A DNA stretch of 64,000 nt from Candidatus Saccharimonadota bacterium (GTDB taxonomy: Bacteria; Patescibacteriota; Saccharimonadia; Saccharimonadales; Saccharimonadaceae). The stretch lies in contig JAFWMK010000017.1 of the NCBI GenBank assembly GCA_017545585.1, forward strand, positions 7,323 to 71,322. Reading direction: 5' to 3'. The position numbers and the translations under genes are program-made. This document shows, in pieces, positions 60,809 to 64,000 of the stretch. The notes beneath the pieces are model-generated. The model was not told the origin of the DNA. It searched no databases and saw nothing but the letters and a program-made list of their open reading frames with translations. Position 1 is the stretch's first letter, and every line of letters begins with the position of its first letter.

Positions 60809-63028
60809 TTAGAACAGCCGATAAGTATAAAACATCGGCGCCAAAGTGTTTGAAACGGTTGACATCATCTTAATAAAAATATCGAGCGCTACGCCAACCA
60901 CATCTTTACGGGTGTCACCTACGGTATCACCAGTTACTGCTGCCTTGTGAGCAGGAGTGCCTTTGCCGATTACAGAAGGTTTGCCACTTACGGTCATAAT
61001 CGGTTCGCCATCTTCACCAAGCTGATAGAGCATTCCGCATTCAATGAATTTCTTTGCATTATCAAATGCTCCACCAGAATTGCCCATGAAGAGAGCTCTG
61101 CCAATTGCTACAATCGTAGATCCAATCAACAGACCCAATATAAAAACCGGCCCAAACAAGAATCCGCAAACCACTGGTACAGCCAGCGCCAAAACTGCCG
61201 GCACCAACATATGCCCAAGCGCATCGTCAGAAGCTTTTCTGATGATAGATTCGTAATCCGGACGTTGCTTACCTTTCAAAATATCCGGATTATCGTTTAA
61301 TTGCTTAGCTCCGGCATCGGCCAAATCTTTGGCTGCCGTAATCGTATTATCGGTCAATATCGAGGTAAAGTATTCAATCAGTGCTCCACCGATTATCATT
61401 CCACCAATCACCATCACCCAAGTCATCGGGTCGGTAAAATCAGGTGACGGAAACGATCCGATAAACGACATAATAAGAGCTACCGTCGCAAAAGCTGCTG
61501 CACCAATTGCATTGCCCTTACCGATTGCTGCTGTGGTGTTACCTACTGCATCCAGTTCGTCAGTAATCTTCCGAACTTCCGGATCAAGGTGGCAAGATTC
61601 CGCAATTCCGCCCGCATTATCCGCTACTGGCCCAAATGCATCAATCGAAACAGTTGTTCCTACGAATGAAAGCATTCCAAGAGCTGCAATCGCAATTCCA
61701 TAAGAACCACAAAGTGATCCCGAAATAATCATTGATATTACGATTACTGCACATGGTGCCAAGATCGAACGAGATCCAATTGCGTCACCTTTTGTCACCA
61801 CAAAAGCTTCACCCTCAGTCGCCATATATGCAAGCGACTTTACATGCTGTGACTTCAAACTGGTGTAGACTTCCGTAAGTTTACCTACCGCTACAGATGA
61901 ACCCATACCAAGCACTGCCGCAATCCAAGGAGAAATCCATCCCGCCTTAAACACATCCGGAATCTCAACGCCACCAAATACCGCCTTCGCCGCAAAAAGT
62001 CCAATCACCGCTACAGCAATCGCCGATACTATTGTTGCGTTATTAAGTTCTTCCTCTGGATCTACATTCTCGCGAGAAACCTCTCTCTCCTCCCCGTTAA
62101 TTATCTTAACCTGCTTACGATTCTTTAAAATAATGTAATTGACTCCAATTACAGAAGCCAAAAGCCCACCACCAGCCAAAATAAACGGGTAAATACAGCC
62201 TGCGCCAAGCAACGCCAAATCGTCTTTGAACGCCTGAGACGTAATCAAAACCGTCGCCACTGGAGTTGCCACAAACGATTCCAAAAGATCAGAAACGTTT
62301 CCTGCAATGTCATTCACACAATCACCGATAAAATCAGCAATCGTATTGGGCATTCTCGAATCATCTTCCGGAAGACCCATCACATTCTTACCGACAATAT
62401 CGGCCGAAATGTCTGCAGCTTTTGTGTAATTGCCACCAGCCACGCGGTTAAACATTGCAACCAGCGAACATCCAAGCGAATATGTTGTCAATCTCATTGT
62501 CAACGGATTACTTACTGTGCCAAAATTTACGCCCGGAAACATCCCTAGAAGACTCGTTGATGTAGCATTAAAGTTAATGCCACCCGATGCTATCCATACG
62601 ACACAAGCTCCGAAGATTCCAAATGCCGGCACCGCAAATCCGCTAATCGATCCACTCATTAGAGCAATTCGAATAGTCCTGCTCATATGCTTAGTCACCC
62701 GAGCTGCATTGGTTGTGCGTACATTGCCATACGTACCGCCGCTCATTCCAATTAGGCACGCGCATGAACTCATCAAGGCTCCAAGTATAAAAGTGAATCC
62801 TGACCCAATCTCTATAAAAAAGATATAGATGATTGACACCGCCACTACCGCTGGAACAATTATTCTGTATTCTCTCGTTAAAAATGTCTTTGAACCATCC
62901 CGAATAATTCCAGCCAAATCCTTCATCTCGTCCGTTCCTTCATCATGATTTTTTAAATCAAAGAAGTTCCGGGCGAGCGCTACGAAAGTCACCATTACAA
63001 TCGCAATCACTACATAGAATATCGCCAT
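60809..63028 (-). CDS. hppA: Membrane Na+/H+-translocating pyrophosphatase (K+-dependent type)
   Basis: GGNYTKAADISAD, EDDSR, DNAGGIAE, GNTTAAIGKG, GDTVGD. Confidence 0.95.
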   Translation of the reverse strand: MAIFYVVIAIVMVTFVALARNFFDLKNHDEGTDEMKDLAGIIRDGSKTFLTREYRIIVPAVVAVSIIYIFFIEIGSGFTFILGALMSSCACLIGMSGGTYGNVRTTNAARVTKHMSRTIRIALMSGSISGFAVPAFGIFGACVVWIASGGINFNATSTSLLGMFPGVNFGTVSNPLTMRLTTYSLGCSLVAMFNRVAGGNYTKAADISADIVGKNVMGLPEDDSRMPNTIADFIGDCVNDIAGNVSDLLESFVATPVATVLITSQAFKDDLALLGAGCIYPFILAGGGLLASVIGVNYIILKNRKQVKIINGEEREVSRENVDPEEELNNATIVSAIAVAVIGLFAAKAVFGGVEIPDVFKAGWISPWIAAVLGMGSSVAVGKLTEVYTSLKSQHVKSLAYMATEGEAFVVTKGDAIGSRSILAPCAVIVISMIISGSLCGSYGIAIAALGMLSFVGTTVSIDAFGPVADNAGGIAESCHLDPEVRKITDELDAVGNTTAAIGKGNAIGAAAFATVALIMSFIGSFPSPDFTDPMTWVMVIGGMIIGGALIEYFTSILTDNTITAAKDLADAGAKQLNDNPDILKGKQRPDYESIIRKASDDALGHMLVPAVLALAVPVVCGFLFGPVFILGLLIGSTIVAIGRALFMGNSGGAFDNAKKFIECGMLYQLGEDGEPIMTVSGKPSVIGKGTPAHKAAVTGDTVGDTRKDVVGVALDIFIKMMSTVSNTLAPMFYTYRLF

Positions 63029-63157
63029 ACTTTTACCTCCTTTTTAAAGTGCTTGTCATTCAACAAAATAGTGCGCGCTCCTTACACGCCCACTTATCTA
63101 TATTATACCACATTTTTTTACTTCTTTCAATTACAAACAAAAAACCAGGACTACACC

Positions 63158-63199
63158 TGGCGGAAGGGACAAGATTCGATTCGAAGAACGATATCTTGC
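63158..63199 (-). repeat. Duplicate of tRNA-Ser T-arm/3' end with insertion
   Basis: TGGCGGAAGGGACAAGATTCGA identical to 63225-63246; CTTGC T-stem strand resumes after an insert. Confidence 0.88.
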
Positions 63200-63224
63200 T
63201 TTTTGAGATGTTCCGCTAGGAACA

Positions 63225-63311
<87 letters not shown>

Positions 63312-63329
63312 GCCTATTATTATAACAGA

Positions 63330-64000
63330 TTATTCTGCATTTGTATAGACATTTGTCACGTCGTCGAGATCATCTATCGCAGACAATAATTTTTCCAACT
63401 TCTCTGCATTTTCACCCTCTACCGGAACATAAGAGTTTGGCACATATTGAAGTTCCGCACTCGTTACGGTCATACCAGCGTCAACTAAAGCTTGCCGCAC
63501 TTTCATCAAATCCGAAGCATCAGTATAGATAACCGTATATTCATCTTCTTCTGTAGCATCCTCTGCGCCAGCCTCTAGAGCGGCCATCAAAGCCGTCTCG
63601 CCTTTTTCGGAAATTTCAATCACACCTTTTCTTGCAAATTGAAACATCACAGAGCCCGGATCTGCCATCCGACCACCATTTTTATCTAAAGTATGACGTA
63701 CTTCTGGCATTGTCCGATTTTTATTATCCGTTGCTACTTCAATCACAATTCCCACTCCACCAGGACCATAAGCCTCGTATACTTCTTCAATAAGCGCCGC
63801 TGCGGATTTATCCGCCACCCGCGCAATCGCTCTTTCTATATTTGCCTTCGGCATATTCGCAAGACGCGCCTTTTCAAGTACCATCGCAAGCGATGGGTTC
63901 ATATTCGGATCCGTTCCCGCTCTTGCTGCTATTGCAATCTGATTTCCGATTTTGGTAAACAGTGCGCCTCTTTTAGCGTCCACCACGGCTTTCTGCCTTT
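63330..64000 (-). CDS. yebC: YebC/PmpR family protein (5' end outside window)
   Basis: DAKRG..FTK, NMPK.NIERAI, YEAYGPGG, TDNKNRT, DDVTNVYTN. Confidence 0.95.
   Translation of the reverse strand, partial: RQKAVVDAKRGALFTKIGNQIAIAARAGTDPNMNPSLAMVLEKARLANMPKANIERAIARVADKSAAALIEEVYEAYGPGGVGIVIEVATDNKNRTMPEVRHTLDKNGGRMADPGSVMFQFARKGVIEISEKGETALMAALEAGAEDATEEDEYTVIYTDASDLMKVRQALVDAGMTVTSAELQYVPNSYVPVEGENAEKLEKLLSAIDDLDDVTNVYTNAE

Overview
64 kb of a small, AT-rich, gene-dense bacterial chromosome using standard code 11. Most genes lie on the - strand and the + strand is C-rich, consistent with one replichore. Gene content and style (type IV pilin/PilX cluster, Cys-less PilB, LigA without Zn finger, lemA-htpX, lamin-tail surface protein, apparently leaderless genes, many Firmicutes-like accessory genes) point to a host-associated Saccharibacteria (TM7, Patescibacteria/CPR); this is an inference. 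Core genes: pgk (end), pyk, ligA, htpX, lemA, trxB/trxA/gpx, rplY, grpE-hrcA with CIRCE, adk, gpmI, pgi, pepN, ftsH, aspS, pilB, pyrG, yebC (partial) and 11 tRNAs. Most notable: (1) a ~5.4 kb integrase-less island at a tRNA-Glu 3'-end copy, carrying an orphan P-loop NTPase-Csx3(Crn3)-like fusion coupled to a RelA/SpoT-type HD hydrolase, a MYG1 nuclease and an unknown 522-aa gene whose UTRs can pair; (2) an adjacent dockerin-bearing S8 protease and cohesin-like surface anchor; (3) a complete agmatine deiminase pathway and a membrane pyrophosphatase; (4) recurrent tRNA T-arm/3'-end echoes with T-loop insertions; (5) tRNA-Ile(UAU), a tRNA-Gly with a U19-A56 swap, orphan NrdR-like boxes and an unannotated ~200-nt transcription unit. 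All family calls are motif recognition by eye; no database search was run.
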